In this document: piece by piece, positions 52,044 through 64,000 of the stretch | Layout: the number at the start of each line of letters is the position of its first letter | Numbering within the stretch: the stretch's first letter is position 1 | Notes under the pieces: model-generated | What the model was told of the DNA's origin: nothing | Database searches by the model: none | What the model saw: the letters and a program-made list of their open reading frames with translations, nothing else | Origin: Tubulanus polymorphus | Lineage: Eukaryota; Animalia; Nemertea | Reading direction: 5' to 3' | NCBI RefSeq assembly: GCF_964204645.1 | Contig: NC_134027.1 | Location: forward strand, 15,780,485-15,844,484 | Length of the DNA stretch: 64,000 nt | Position numbers and translations under genes: made by a program

Positions 52044-52496
52044 CAGCTGCCAACCTAGATTTTATCTTTTGCTGAACACTTGTCGAAGTATATCAGTATT
52101 TCCAAAAACTTTCCAGTAGTCCCCAATTTTCAACCAGAAGATGTTCTATAAATCAGTATTGAGGTCTTAAAATCAGTATTAGGGTAAATTACTACGAACA
52201 AAATTTGTGTTCCCGTTTTCTGACACCGTACTAGCGCGCCATCTACATCTAAGAACAGATGGTGCACTAGTACAGTGTCATATTGAGAGTTTAATCTGAG
52301 TTGACAAGATTCTGAGAGATTTAAGAAAGAACGATGGAATTTGCCTAAAAACGATTACGTGTTCCGTAACTTACCAAATTTTTTTCAGCGTTCCAGGTGG
52401 AAAAAAAATCAGAAACAATTCTTCTAAAAACAGAACGCTGCATTTTCACACGATATGCCAGAACAGTTACAGAAAAATCAGAACGGTTGGGAGCTG
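52044..52496. mobile_element. hAT-like MITE nested in HINE A copy 2
   Basis: TIR CAGCT(G/C)CCAACC; CTAAAG repeated on the flanks; internal hairpin at ~52221-52280. Confidence 0.6.
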
Positions 52497-53448
52497 CTAA
52501 AGATTTCACAGAAATCAATCTTGAAATACAATTTTAATTTATAAGATAAAACCGGGAAGTAAAGCAGTAGATGTATCTGTGGGTTAATGTGAACACCTGG
52601 TGATTTATGCAGCTAAGCCAATCATAGAGGTATCTTTGCTTTCTGATTGGCTATTTAAAACCAATATTTTTATGTTCAGATTTTCGCAAAAAAAGCTCAT
52701 ATAAATTTTAACAAAGACCTTTTTCAAAATTCAGCTCCAGAGGATTTGGAGAATGGATAATGCTTAAATACATAATTTGTATAAGAATATGCTCAGTTGC
52801 ACAGTCAAAGGGCCTTAGCTCTGGAAACCATGTCATTTTAATTTGCTCCATTTGTAAGGTAATAGGCTCAGCCTACGGCTGGCCTAAAAACTAATTACTA
52901 ATTACATCAATACACCACGATGCGGTGTACTAGAAAAGTCCATAACCTCACCACGGTGTGGATGCACTGAAAGGGTTAAGAGGATAAAAGAGGTCGTACT
53001 TATGATACCTGGAAGTCCATGGAGCTTAATACCTTGAGGGTATTGTTGTTGCAAACCAAATAATTATTGGTCAGACATATGATATAAATAAATCACTAAT
53101 CGCTGTGTGCTTAGGGTTCGGAGCATGCATCAATTGGCAGAAACCTTTTGAAAATTGACTATGTAAAAATTAAATTAAGAAAAAAATTTAAAATTAAACA
53201 AAACATCTAGAACCAATCAGAAGAACCACCTTGGTAATTATTGGTCTGATATACATTGGACAAAGCGCACCGATAGCTACGCCGCTGAAATTGTCTTAAG
53301 TTTACATAGTACGTGAATTCCATTGGCATATAAGACCCATATTTGACCTCCTGGAGCCCAAATATCAGAAAGAACATGCCATCAGTTTTTCAATCTTCAG
53401 GCTGTTGTGAACAACTCATGTGGTTGCTCTTTTGCCATGAGCAGAATT

Positions 53449-55475
53449 AAACTAGGGGTCGAGGGACATGATGCCCACTTGGGAAGTGGTTTCACATGCT
53501 CAACAATCTAACATTTTCAATATTCAAGGCACCCTTGTGACCATCTACAGAAAGCAATGACCTTGAAACTCACCAAAATCATAGATAACGTTATGAGCGC
53601 CAACTTTCCAATACATTGTGGTAACACAATATGCTTAGGTATGAATATAATGTGGAAAAACTTTTACCCACCTACAAATGAGTACTGATGACGCCAAGAT
53701 GGCTGCCAATTGCGCCATAATTGGCTGATCAAAAATACGTGTCTCAGGTATAAAACATCCCTTTCCAACGAATACCCATCACAAATTGCAATGAGAAATG
53801 AGAAGCTACAGGACTCAGAATTTGGCCCAAAATTTACATTTTTGGCCACCAGAAAGGTCATAGGACGGCCATCTGAGTCCGATCGACCCAATGTTGATGG
53901 GCGCCTGGAGGATTCAAATATATACGAAAGATCAAGGTAATTGATTAAAGCGTCTTCAAAAAGTTCAAAAATGTGTAAGAAGTGCTGATTTTGGCAAACA
54001 TTAATGGCTGCTAATTGGCCATCTTGATTCTGACAGGGTCAGTTTTTGGGCTGAAGATGTGTCTAGGGTAAATACATGTGTAACGTAAATATCAAGACAC
54101 TACATTGAAGCAACTTCCCAAAATAACTTGACTGCGTCTACGCACGGACGAACGGACGGATGACGAACGAAAAGTGAACACAATAGCCCGCTGGGACTAA
54201 AGTCCCAAGTGGGCTAAAAACCAATGACCTTGAAACCCACCACAATCATAGAACATGTCAGCAGCTATGATTTTATAATTGATTGTGATAACAAAATATG
54301 CCTCGTTACCAATTTAATATGGAAATACTAAGTTATTCAACTATTCAAGGCCCCCTGGTGACCATATAGAATAACTTATGTCCTTGAAACTCACCACAAT
54401 CATAAACGATGTCATGAGCTACAACTTTGCAATTGATTGTGGTAACAAAATATGTGTAGGTACAAATATGATATAGAAATACTAAGTTGTTGTATTATTC
54501 AATTTGTATCATTCATTGGTGGCCACATACGAAAACCAATGACCTTGAAACTCACCAAAATCATAGAACACGTTATGGGCTACAACTTTCCAATTGAATA
54601 TAGAAACAAAATATGCTTAGGTATCAATTTAATGTGGAAAAACTTTTTCCCACCTACGAATGAGTACTGATGACACCAAGATGGCCACTTATTGCGTCAT
54701 AACTGGCTGATCAAAAAAACCTGTCTCAGGTATAAAACATCCCATTCCAAAGAATACCCATCACAAATTGCAATGAGAAATGGCAAACTAGTAGGAAGCT
54801 ACAGGACCTAGAAGTCTGGCCAAAATTAACATTTTTGGGCACTAAAAAGGTCATAGGACGGCCATCTTGAGTCAGATCGACCCAATTTTTCTTATGCTGA
54901 TGGGCCTATAATATAAATGAAAGATCAAGGTAATTGATCAAAGCTTCTTCAAAATTTCCCTCAAAAACTTCGAAAATGTGTAAAAATGTGCTGATTTTGG
55001 CGAACAACAATGGCTGCCAGTCGGCCATCTTGAATCTGACAGGGCCAGTTTTTGGGCTGAAGATGTGTCTAGGGTAGATACATGTATAAACCAAATATCA
55101 AGACATAACCTTGAAGCGTCTTCAAAACTTCCCAAAATAACTGGATTCCGTCTACGGACTGACGAACGAACGCACGGACGACGGACGAAAAGTGAACGCA
55201 ATAGCCCGCTGGGACTAAAGTCCCAAGTGGGCTAAAAAGTGCTGATTTTGATGAACAACAATGGCTGCCATTTGGCCATCTTGATTCTGACCGGGCTACT
55301 TTTTGGACTGAAGATGTGTCTAGGGTAGAGAGATGTTTAAGCAAATATCAAGGCTTAACATTGTCATTGAGGCGTCATTGAAACTTCCCAAAATATCTGG
55401 ATGCCGTCTACCGACGGATGAATGAACGGATGGAAGAACAGAAAGTGAATGCAATAGCCCGTTGGGAATGAAGTC
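53449..55475 (-). mobile_element. Head-to-tail stack of HINE family C copies (53449-54220, 54221-55238, partial 55239-55475)
   Basis: GCCCGCTGGGACTAAAGTCCCAAGTGGGCTAAAAA at ~54186-54220 and ~55204-55238; internal ~154-bp units. Confidence 0.75.
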
Positions 55476-55767
55476 TAATTAAACTGAATGACTAGTCTCA
55501 TATATTGCTGGTTTGAAACCTGTCTAATCAAAGTTTTCTTATCTATTGCCCGAGTGCATACGGTGTAATGAAATTCATAAGGCAATGAAATCTGCTACCG
55601 GTAAAGTGGTTTACTTTCCTGACATCTAGAAGTAACTTCATTTGATAGCATTCACTTGCAAGCAGTTAGAAGTTGGGTTTGAACAGGACCAGATACCTCT
55701 TATGATTAGGGGAAGCATGACCTGTGAAAGTTTGATTTGGCAATTTTGTAATTTTTTTTACTTAGCA

Positions 55768-57658
55768 AACAAGAGCCCGAAGGGCACAATGGCAGCCTGT
55801 CGGCTTTTCATAAATGATTCAGTCTGTCAAAATACACCCCCTGCTCAATATACAGGGAGATGACAGAAACAAATACCTCAGATCAATCCTTTCCCTTTGT
55901 CTGTTTGATTTGAATGCGGAATGAAATTGAATTGGATTTGATAATGTTTTGTTCAATAAAGTAAACCTGAATTGGATTTGATATTTTTTGAGAAAAAGAA
56001 TTGATCACAATTTGCATATCGAGGTCATCCATCCAATTTAAGACTAGGGGTCCAGGGAGACACCATGCCCACTTGGGAAGGAGTTTCAAATGCTCAACAA
56101 TCTAACAATTTCAATATTCATTGCCCCCTGGTGACCATATACAAAAATCACTATTCTTGAAACATATAATAAGTCACCATCTACGATTCTATAATTGATT
56201 GTGATAACAAAATATGCCTTGTTACCAATCTAATATGGAAATACTAAGTTATTCTACTATTCAACGCCCCCTGGTGACCATATGCAAAACCCAATGACCT
56301 TGAAACTCACCACAATCATAGAATGTCAGCAGCTACGATTTTGCAATTCATCACGGTAACAAAATATGCCTAGGTACCAATCTGATAAGGTAATAATATT
56401 AAGTTGTTCTACTATTCAACGCCCCTTGGTGACCATATAGAGTAACTAATGTCCTTAAAACTAACCACAATCATAGACAATGTCATGAGCTACACTTTTG
56501 CAATTGATTGTGGTGACAAAATATGCATAAGTACAAATATAATATAGAAATACTAAGTTATTGTATCATTTAACGCCCTCTGGTGTCAATATACAAAAGC
56601 CAATGACTTTGAAACTGCTCACCAAAATTAGAGAACATGTTATGAGTTACAACTTTCCAATTGATTGTGGTAACACAATATGCTTAGGTATGAATATAAT
56701 GTGGAAAAACTTTTTCCCACCTACGAATGAGTACTGATGACACAAAGATGGCCGCCAATTGCGCCATAATTGGCTGATCAAAAATACCTGTCTCAGGCAT
56801 AAAACATTCCTTTCCAAAGAATATCCATCACAAATTGCGATGAGAAATGGCAAACCAGTAGGAAGCTACAGGACTCAGAATTCTGGCCAAAATTGACATT
56901 CGACCCAATTTTTCTTATGCGGATGGGCCCTTGGGGGATTCAAATATAGACGAAATATCAAGGTAATTGACCAAAACATCTTCAAAATTTCCCTCAAAAA
57001 CTTAAAAAAATGTGTAAAAAGTGCTGATTTTGGTGAACAAAACTGGCTGCCAGTCGGCCATCTTGATTCTGACAGAGCCAGTTTTTTGGCTGAAGATGTG
57101 TCTAAGGTAGATAGATCTGTAACCCAAATATCAAGACATTACATTGAAGCGTCTTCAAAACTTCCCAAAATAATTGGGTTCTGTCGACGGACGAAATATG
57201 AACGCAATAGCCCGCAGGGACTCAAGTCCCAAATGGGCTAAAAAAGCATTTCCCATCCTTGCGCTATTATCAGTGATGAATTTTCTGTTGTGAATATATC
57301 ATATAAAATTCATCCCAACAACCAAATCAACTAGATTTCACACACATCAATCTCGAAATAAGATTTAAAATCTTAAAACAAAACTCTGAAGTCGATGATA
57401 TATCGGGTTCGAGTGAACACCTGCTGATACTTGCAGCTTATCCAATCTGAGGAGACTGCTTTCGGATTGGCTTTTTAAAAACTGATATTTTCATGCTTCA
57501 GACTTGCAAAAAAATTCATGTAAATTCATCCCAGGCCTTCTTTAAAATTCGGCATCAAAGGACTTGGAGAATGGATGATGCTTGAATGCATGATTTGTAA
57601 GAGTATATGCTCAATTGAACAGTGAAAAAGCCTTCTATCTGGAAAACAGTCCTAAAAT
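55768..57658 (-). mobile_element. HINE family A copy 3 containing a family C copy (56041-57245)
   Basis: AACAAGAGCCCGAAGGGC end; family C termini at ~56041 and ~57245; A-like sequence resumes at ~57310. Confidence 0.65.
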
Positions 57659-58333
57659 TAGTATTTTATCAGCTTTATGATCGCGAGAAGTGATATAGGT
57701 TGATATATGTTTTAGATACTATTAGGTATGTTTGATGTTCCATCCGATCATTCCAGTTTCAAACGCACTGTCAATTGGCAGACTGCCATCCAACTGTTAC
57801 TAGCATAGGTAAATCAAAAAGGATGGATCCAACACAAATTTATTACAATCGGGCAACCTCTCATAACCGTATAGTGCGCTCAGTCATCACATCAGTTAAG
57901 AATCCAAATAAAGCCATACTTAGATTTTCTAGTACTCACTTCATTTTTCATATGGACGACAAAATTCTACAGAAAACCTGTAATCACTGCTTTGCAGCGA
58001 CATTTTTTCTTATTTAAATGTTTTGAATAAAGTGCCTTTATTGATTTTAATCAGGATGGCATGCAATAAGAAAATGAACTACTATCGTCATTATTATTTC
58101 CATGAAAATTATAAAGGTGTGCCATTGATCACTGCAGCTGGTGATCATCAGAACCAAGGAAAATATGTAATAGGGCTTAAAAAGTGCGGTCATAAAACCC
58201 AAAAGTTCATTAGAAACAAGATTTTTATTGGGTTGATAACAATGGATAGTTTGTAAGTACCAAGGTCACTAGAGCAAGGTTCCATTGAAGATGAAATAAA
58301 TAGATTATATTACATTGAACATTGCATACTTAC

Positions 58334-58549
58334 TCTTCATCTGGCATTACTATACATTTCTCATACATAAGTCCACCTTCTTGGGGGAAGATCTCTTCAT
58401 GGTGAATAATGATATTTTTGATTAGATCAATAACATTACCATGGTATTGAACCTGATCTCGATCTGATGGTATTGGAAGTAGTGTAGGTCCAAAGCATAT
58501 GGCAAGGTTAAAAGGGTCCATCATATTTTCATCACTATATTCAGACAAA
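58334..58549 (-). CDS. SRGAP: SRGAP-family gene, C-terminal part of the RhoGAP domain
   Basis: LSEYSDENMMDPFNLAICFGPTLLPIP..DQV..N.IDLIKNIIIHHEEIFP..YEKC matches the srGAP RhoGAP end; acceptor CTTTCAG, donor GTAAGT. Upstream exons were not found in the window. Confidence 0.9.
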
Positions 58550-60420
58550 CTGAAAGGAATGAATAAATGCTATGAAAAATTGTGAAAATATAGAAAACTA
58601 ATCTTATGTGGACTGGGAGATATACATATCTAAGTGGACATCTATTCTCTATCCCACACAAGATGTGCCCAGATAAGGATAAATGCGAACCAATCAAGGA
58701 GCAGTGCAATTTAGATATTTTATGGCATATCGTGAGAATAGCCAATATCAACAAATCAAGCCTGGAGCTCTCTAGCATTCAGTGAATCAAACAAGAGGTC
58801 CATTGGCCTTGAAGCTACAGATATATCATACACTTTTGTATCTATAACAAGTGACATCATCATGTTTGGATTGTTAATGAACCGTCAACAAAACAGTATT
58901 TTGTCTGTATAGGACCGGAAAGTGAGTTTTTAACTGGACATAACCAATTTTTACCTTCATGTGATTGTCTTTCCATGTAAAGGGGCACACAGTGAGACTA
59001 TGTAATTAATTCAACGAAGACAGAAAACTTTTCTTTTTTTTCAGGGTTCAATTACCAGCTAGAACTTTCTGGCAAACTATTCCAAACTATTAGGTTTATG
59101 ATTGATGCTTTATTCAATCATTCAAGTTTCAAACATCACAACACATCACAAAATGCTTCTTAAAAGCATATGAATAACAGCAAATAAACCTCATACTATC
59201 AGGGCTTCCAACATGTTTTGATATTTTTGGCTGAAAGGGCAAAACATCTCTAGGGTGGATTATCGAGCCAGAGAATATATCATGATGTTTCATTTTGTGG
59301 TATAAGATCTGAATGAACCTTTTCGGTGTCTCGATTATGCAAACTCGTATTGCATAATCTCACGTATTAATAAACAAGTGTTTTTCTTAGAAATAAGTGG
59401 AAGACAAAATTCAATACCTTCAAATGAATATAAGAATTCATTTGTAAAAGAATAACCTTAAAACTATGACAATAATTTGCCACAGGCAAAGTGGTTTACC
59501 TTTCTAGCATCCAGAAGAACGTACAATTATACATGTATTCATTTCAAAAGCTTTCATTTGCGTGCTGTTAGTTTTGGTTTAAATATGACCAGAAAACTCA
59601 AAGGGCTCTGGAAAGCATGACACAAAATTTGATATTGGCAATTCTTTGTATTTAGCATAAAAATCCAGGGAGCCAATTAAACAGTCCCAAAATTCTCATT
59701 TTAGGCCTACCAGCTCACTTTCTTCCTGATCAATGTGGCAATATTTTCCTATAGGTTTAGATTACGCCCTATCCAATCATCCAGCAGGTTCAAACGTCAT
59801 CTTGAAGGCAGATAGATGACGAGACAGCAAATACTCATCAGAAAGTGACAACGCATGACTAACTTTTTTGACTAACTTTTTGAAATTGCCATGCAAAATC
59901 ATTTTATAACAAGTAAACAATTGAATATCTTATCATACAGGGGTCCCCTACAATTTTAAGGACCCTAAAAAATTTCAAACTCAAATATTCCGAATTGAAT
60001 ATTTAAAAATAGATCAAAATTTAGATTTGTCACATTGTCTCAGATCGTTTTTCAGCAGTTTTCACATTGAAATTTCACTCAGAAATCAAACAACATCGTC
60101 CATGTTTTATCGTGGACACACTGCTTGTTCAAAGAGGAGTCAAGATGCTTATCACCTATTCATTTGCATAAGAAAACAATATAGGTGGGGCAACGTTACG
60201 AGCCGCAAAAGCCGTTTTTCAGCACTACACAAGCAACACTCAAAAAAGATCGGGAAACGCTTTTATGGTCGTACCAATCTATCCTTAAGATGCCATTATC
60301 CTTACCCCCACCACCCAACGGATTTGTGTTGATCTGAGAAATGATAAAAATTGATTGAAAAGGCGGAAATCTGTCGGGCTGGCGCCATCGTCTAACTTTT
60401 CAAAGAGAAATTATGTATTT

Positions 60421-60756
60421 TGTAGTCAACGAATTGCTCGCCATTTTGTGACCATACCATAATTGCATCAGAAGCACCGAAATTCCTGGAAATTCCTCGA
60501 GTTTCCCGATGATTTGTATTATATCCCCGGAGTCCTCCTTACTCCAGTGGTCCAGCCAGTGCGGCCATCGATAGTAGTGGTCGAACTCCGGAGAATCTCT
60601 TCTAGTAATTGGCTCTGAATGAGCTATTGTTCTCTCCTGTTTGGGACAATAAAGCGAAGGCAAGTGTTAAGAAGTTATCAGGTTGAGTTGTTTATTAGAT
60701 GAGCGATTTGGACCCTAGTGGACCTCCAATTGTTTCCACAAGCCATAACTTTTACA
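60421..60756 (+). repeat. Probable 5' LTR of Gypsy element 2
   Basis: TGTA...TACA, AATAAA at ~60648, followed by a PBS; the start could instead be 60414. Confidence 0.55.
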
Positions 60757-60757
60757 T

Positions 60758-60768
60758 TGGTGGCAGCG
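60758..60768 (+). promoter_or_regulatory. Primer binding site, tRNA-Leu
   Basis: TGGTGGCAGCG is complementary to the tRNA-Leu 3' end CGCTGCCACCA. Confidence 0.75.
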
Positions 60769-61096
60769 ATTCGGGGTTTTTATATCGTTTTCTTTAACAA
60801 AAAAGCCGAATTTATTTCACCAAACAGGCCCGCACATGAGAGGGTAGTCTGGGTGACCTACTTTACGAATATAGTCTATGGTTGCTATTTTCTTACTGTT
60901 CATTGACTTGAAGTAGTGCAGTAAACAGCAGAACTTCTGTACTGTAACCAATATTTGTCAAAGTCACTATTTTTTGCTTTTGACAAGTTTATTTGATTTC
61001 TTTTCCCTTCCGAATATTATATTTCATAGACGTAGGCCTGATTGCTTATCCAGTCTTGGTGTTTTACTCAGATTTATACAAGGCCTACGTTTCAAC

Positions 61097-61690
61097 ATGA
61101 TTGACACTGACCAAATTACTGTCGAATCCGTTGTAGAGCCTGCCAATGGGACGGCACGCGACAGAGGGGTGCACTCGTCCCCAAAACTAATCAACGGGGA
61201 AAGGAGTTTTGAGCTAGATAGTAGTAGTTCAAGTGATGAGGAGGGGAAAGGGCAATATGATGAGCTGGCTAGGGAGCCTTCTCATCGTCTAAGCGGCTCT
61301 AACAAGCGGCTCCCGGACACACTCTCCTACAAGGAGTTTTGTGCAAGCCTGTCTGACAGGATCAAACAGTCGAAGACCATGGAGGACATTAAAATGCTCC
61401 TTAGTATGAGGGAGAAGCGCTCCGGGGAGTCGATCGAGCATTTTGCTGACGAGCTGCTCGAACTGAGCCGAAATGCATACCCAGAGATTACACTTAGGGT
61501 ACAGGATGAACTTGCAATGGACAGGTTCAAGCATGCTGTCTACCTGCACCCGAGCAATAGGGAAGCCCTGTTTGTACATCGGCCAAAAACCCTGGCCAAG
61601 GCCGTGATGCAAGTGATGTCACTGGACACAGCTCATAAGATGACGGTAGGCCGAGGGACACAAACAGCAAACCTGCAGGCCCGTAAATGA
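61097..61690 (+). CDS. Gypsy-type gag-like ORF (antisense within an SRGAP intron)
   Basis: REKRSGESIEHFADELLELSRNAYP..AMDRF..PKTLAKAV pattern, downstream of LTR and PBS. Confidence 0.7.
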   Translation: MIDTDQITVESVVEPANGTARDRGVHSSPKLINGERSFELDSSSSSDEEGKGQYDELAREPSHRLSGSNKRLPDTLSYKEFCASLSDRIKQSKTMEDIKMLLSMREKRSGESIEHFADELLELSRNAYPEITLRVQDELAMDRFKHAVYLHPSNREALFVHRPKTLAKAVMQVMSLDTAHKMTVGRGTQTANLQARK

Positions 61691-62300
61691 AGTTGCCACA
61701 TCCGTTAAGCCGTCACACTTTTAACTTTGGTGCAGGGGCTATCATTACGACTCGACAAACTTGAGACGAGGCAGCATACATACTATCAGTCGACCGGTCG
61801 ACGACATTTGCTTGCGCTGCAGGGCCCCAATTACACAGGGAGCCAGTGGCCACTTACGCAGTGTCTCAACTGCGGTGAACGCAGCCATCATTTGTGAAGC
61901 TGCCCGGCACCGAAAAGCGGGAACCCGGGAAACAGACCACAAGGTTCCACAAGGGGCTGGGGAACTCCAAACCAGCACTATCCCCATTCACAGGGAAATA
62001 CACTATTACACTGCGGCGACCAGACTGCCACAGCAATAAATCTTGGACGATCCTGGATATACCGCACCTGGTGATACCGGGTTATTCAAAAGAGGCCGCA
62101 CTAAATATAGTTCCAGCTAAGTCAGTGGTACGTATAACTGGAAACAATGAAGATCCTGCGTCTGGTGAGGGGAATGGTAGCTTAGTGCCTCGTGAGCAGC
62201 CGGACCAGTCAGTGGAAAGCCCTGGATATACCGGTACCTCAAGTGGTGACTCCCGACAAACAGGATGTAGCTGCACTTCAAGTAGTACCAGCTGAAACTG

Positions 62301-62730
62301 GTGAGAATCCGACGTAGCCCAGAATTTACTATGATGGACAGAAAGACAGACACACGTGACACTGCACAACTCAGGACGATCACAATTCAGGATGGAGGCC
62401 TATATTGCGCAGCTCGTGTGAATTCTGCAGTGCAGGCATCTGTACTGCTAGATACTGGCACAGCGGTCACCATCATGAAGACAACAGTGTGGCAAGCTAG
62501 CCAGCTGTCAGGTGACTTTGCAGAACTCAGACCACCCAGTACATCTCGCTTTTCCGCGTACCAATGATCATAGCGGATGAGCTGACGCAGGACTGTCTAC
62601 TGGGAAGTGACTTCTTTAGCACCTATCGCTGTAACATTGATTACGTGGCTAAAGAGTTATGGTTTGATTTCGCAAGTGTTCCGCTACGACAATGTTCGCA
62701 GAGAGCGCATTGCTGTAGAATCTTTACGAA
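62301..62730 (+). pseudogene. Aspartic protease remnant of Gypsy element 2
   Basis: VLLDTGTAVTIM; after a frameshift, CLLGSDF..CNIDY. Confidence 0.75.
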
Positions 62731-62733
62731 AAT

Positions 62734-63500
62734 GGATTTGTTTGTCCGATGCTCTTTGACTCACGTAGCTAGATGTCGTTTAGTTTTTCCTATGTAGGAA
62801 ACATTTACATCCCATAAACAATTGAATTTGTATACAACATTAGCCTTAAGGGATTTAGGAGTAGGACATTTCAATGAGAAGAAATTCTTAATCTTTGTGG
62901 TAGTGATTGAGATCAATGCAATAATGTTTTTTGAACAAATTTCTGATCTTACGGGCAAATAGTATGGAGGGGTAGCCCACATATGGAATTAAGATAAATT
63001 GAGAAATTTCATCGCGTTCAGTCTGTTTATTACCCAGCGTAAATCTAGAATCCAGAATCCAGCATCGGACAAACAAATCCGCTATAGGACACCATTTAAC
63101 TATCTGTTCCACTTGTAGTCAGGACTTCAATGAAAACAAATTCAAGATTTTAGACAAAGCTAACTCAGACTTTGAATGTACAATCCGAGAGGCTTTGTTT
63201 ATTAAATTAGAAAAGCCGTCATTAAACTTACAATTGTTTCAAAATGGATCCTCATTCATTTTAAATGTATTCTGTTAAACTGGCCTGTCCTGGTTGTTGC
63301 CAGGTTATATTATGTAATCTTCTGCTATTTTAAGCACCTCTGTTGACCTGTTTCTGTAAACTTATATCTTAACATACTGTAGTTTTGCATCATTTGTTAC
63401 TTGTCTTGACAAGGGGTATATGTTTACCCAAAAACTTTCAACTTATTCAACATGATTTATATATATGGAAAATGAAACTTTTTGTTCTTTTAAGAATTTT
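62734..63500. mobile_element. Penelope-like element fragment (GIY-YIG endonuclease) with internal inversion and 3' pLTR
   Basis: Minus: IPYVG..NVVYKFNC..SYIGKTKRHLAT*VKEH. Plus from 63061: HRTNKSAIGHHL..FKILD..REALFIKLEKPSLNLQ. Degenerate hammerhead-like motif at ~63405-63441. Confidence 0.8.
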
Positions 63501-64000
63501 TAATCTCTCTATTTGATCCAGCAAGCGCGGGAGGACTGGGGTGGGCGGGAACGCATACGCATGCATCCCCGACCAGTCCAGAGAGAAGGCATCGACCCCC
63601 CCACGCTTCCGCGTTTGGAAATGGGGAAACAAACAGAGGACACCTCTGATTGAACCGGTCGGCAAACAGATCCAGGAGCGGATTGCCAAACATGTCTCGA
63701 ACCCGATCGGCTACTTCTTGGTGGAGAACCCATTCTGTCACAATAGCCTGACCTCGACGAGAAAGAGCATTGGCCATCACGTTCCTTTTCCCTGCTTAAT
63801 GTGCCACAGTCAGGGACACGCCCTTTGTCTGGCACCTAAGAAGAATTTTGGCTGACAGATCCGTGAGGATATCTGAGTGCCCCCTTGATTCTGAAGGTAA
63901 GCCCTCACTGTTGAATTGTCTGTGGCTAACCAAACGTGGTGGCCCTCCACTCTCCTGTGAAAGAACTTCAAGGCCTTCCACACCGCCAGCATTTCCAGGA
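63500..64000 (-). pseudogene. DIRS1-like retrotransposon fragment: RNase H plus methyltransferase-like domain, frameshifted
   Basis: LEMLAV..TDNSTVRAYLQNQGGT..NVMANALSR..EW..LDLFA..N..VDAFSLDW..YAFPP. Confidence 0.8.

Larger units (their letters stand above)
50216..52890 (-). mobile_element. HINE family A copy 2
   Basis: Same termini as 28714-30959. Confidence 0.7.
50034..52975. mobile_element. piggyBac-like MITE expanded by nested insertions
   Basis: TTAA CCCTTTCAGTGC ... GCACTGAAAGGG TTAA. Confidence 0.8.

Noticed and set aside
59937-60400. Tc1/mariner-like left end TACAGGGG
   Set aside because: No matching right TIR in the window.

Overview
AT-rich animal genomic DNA; the repeat types resemble those of marine invertebrates (inference). 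The only host gene I can support is the 3' part of an SRGAP-family (SLIT-ROBO RhoGAP) gene on the minus strand. It has four phase-compatible coding exons: 58334-58549 (RhoGAP end), 49142-49221 (acidic linker), 36318-36498 (SH3) and 35091-35715 (C-terminus). Most of the remaining recognisable sequence is transposable elements: a 5'-truncated non-LTR retrotransposon ORF2 (5461-8525), a decayed Polinton/adintovirus-like polB fragment (11335-13606), two decayed Gypsy-type LTR elements, a solo LTR, Penelope-like and DIRS1-like fragments, many nested Helentron-type non-autonomous elements (HINEs, some with an internal 154-bp satellite), and numerous TIR MITEs. The most novel signal is an intact minus-strand ORF (1795 to <1, at least 598 codons) that the ORF track omits, presumably because it runs off the window. 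It looks like a LINE ORF1 (PHD finger, coiled coil, SGNH esterase) but begins with a J-domain (DnaJ, intact HPD motif), i.e. a retroelement protein that may recruit Hsp70. All calls come from manual reading and translation; no database searches were run.
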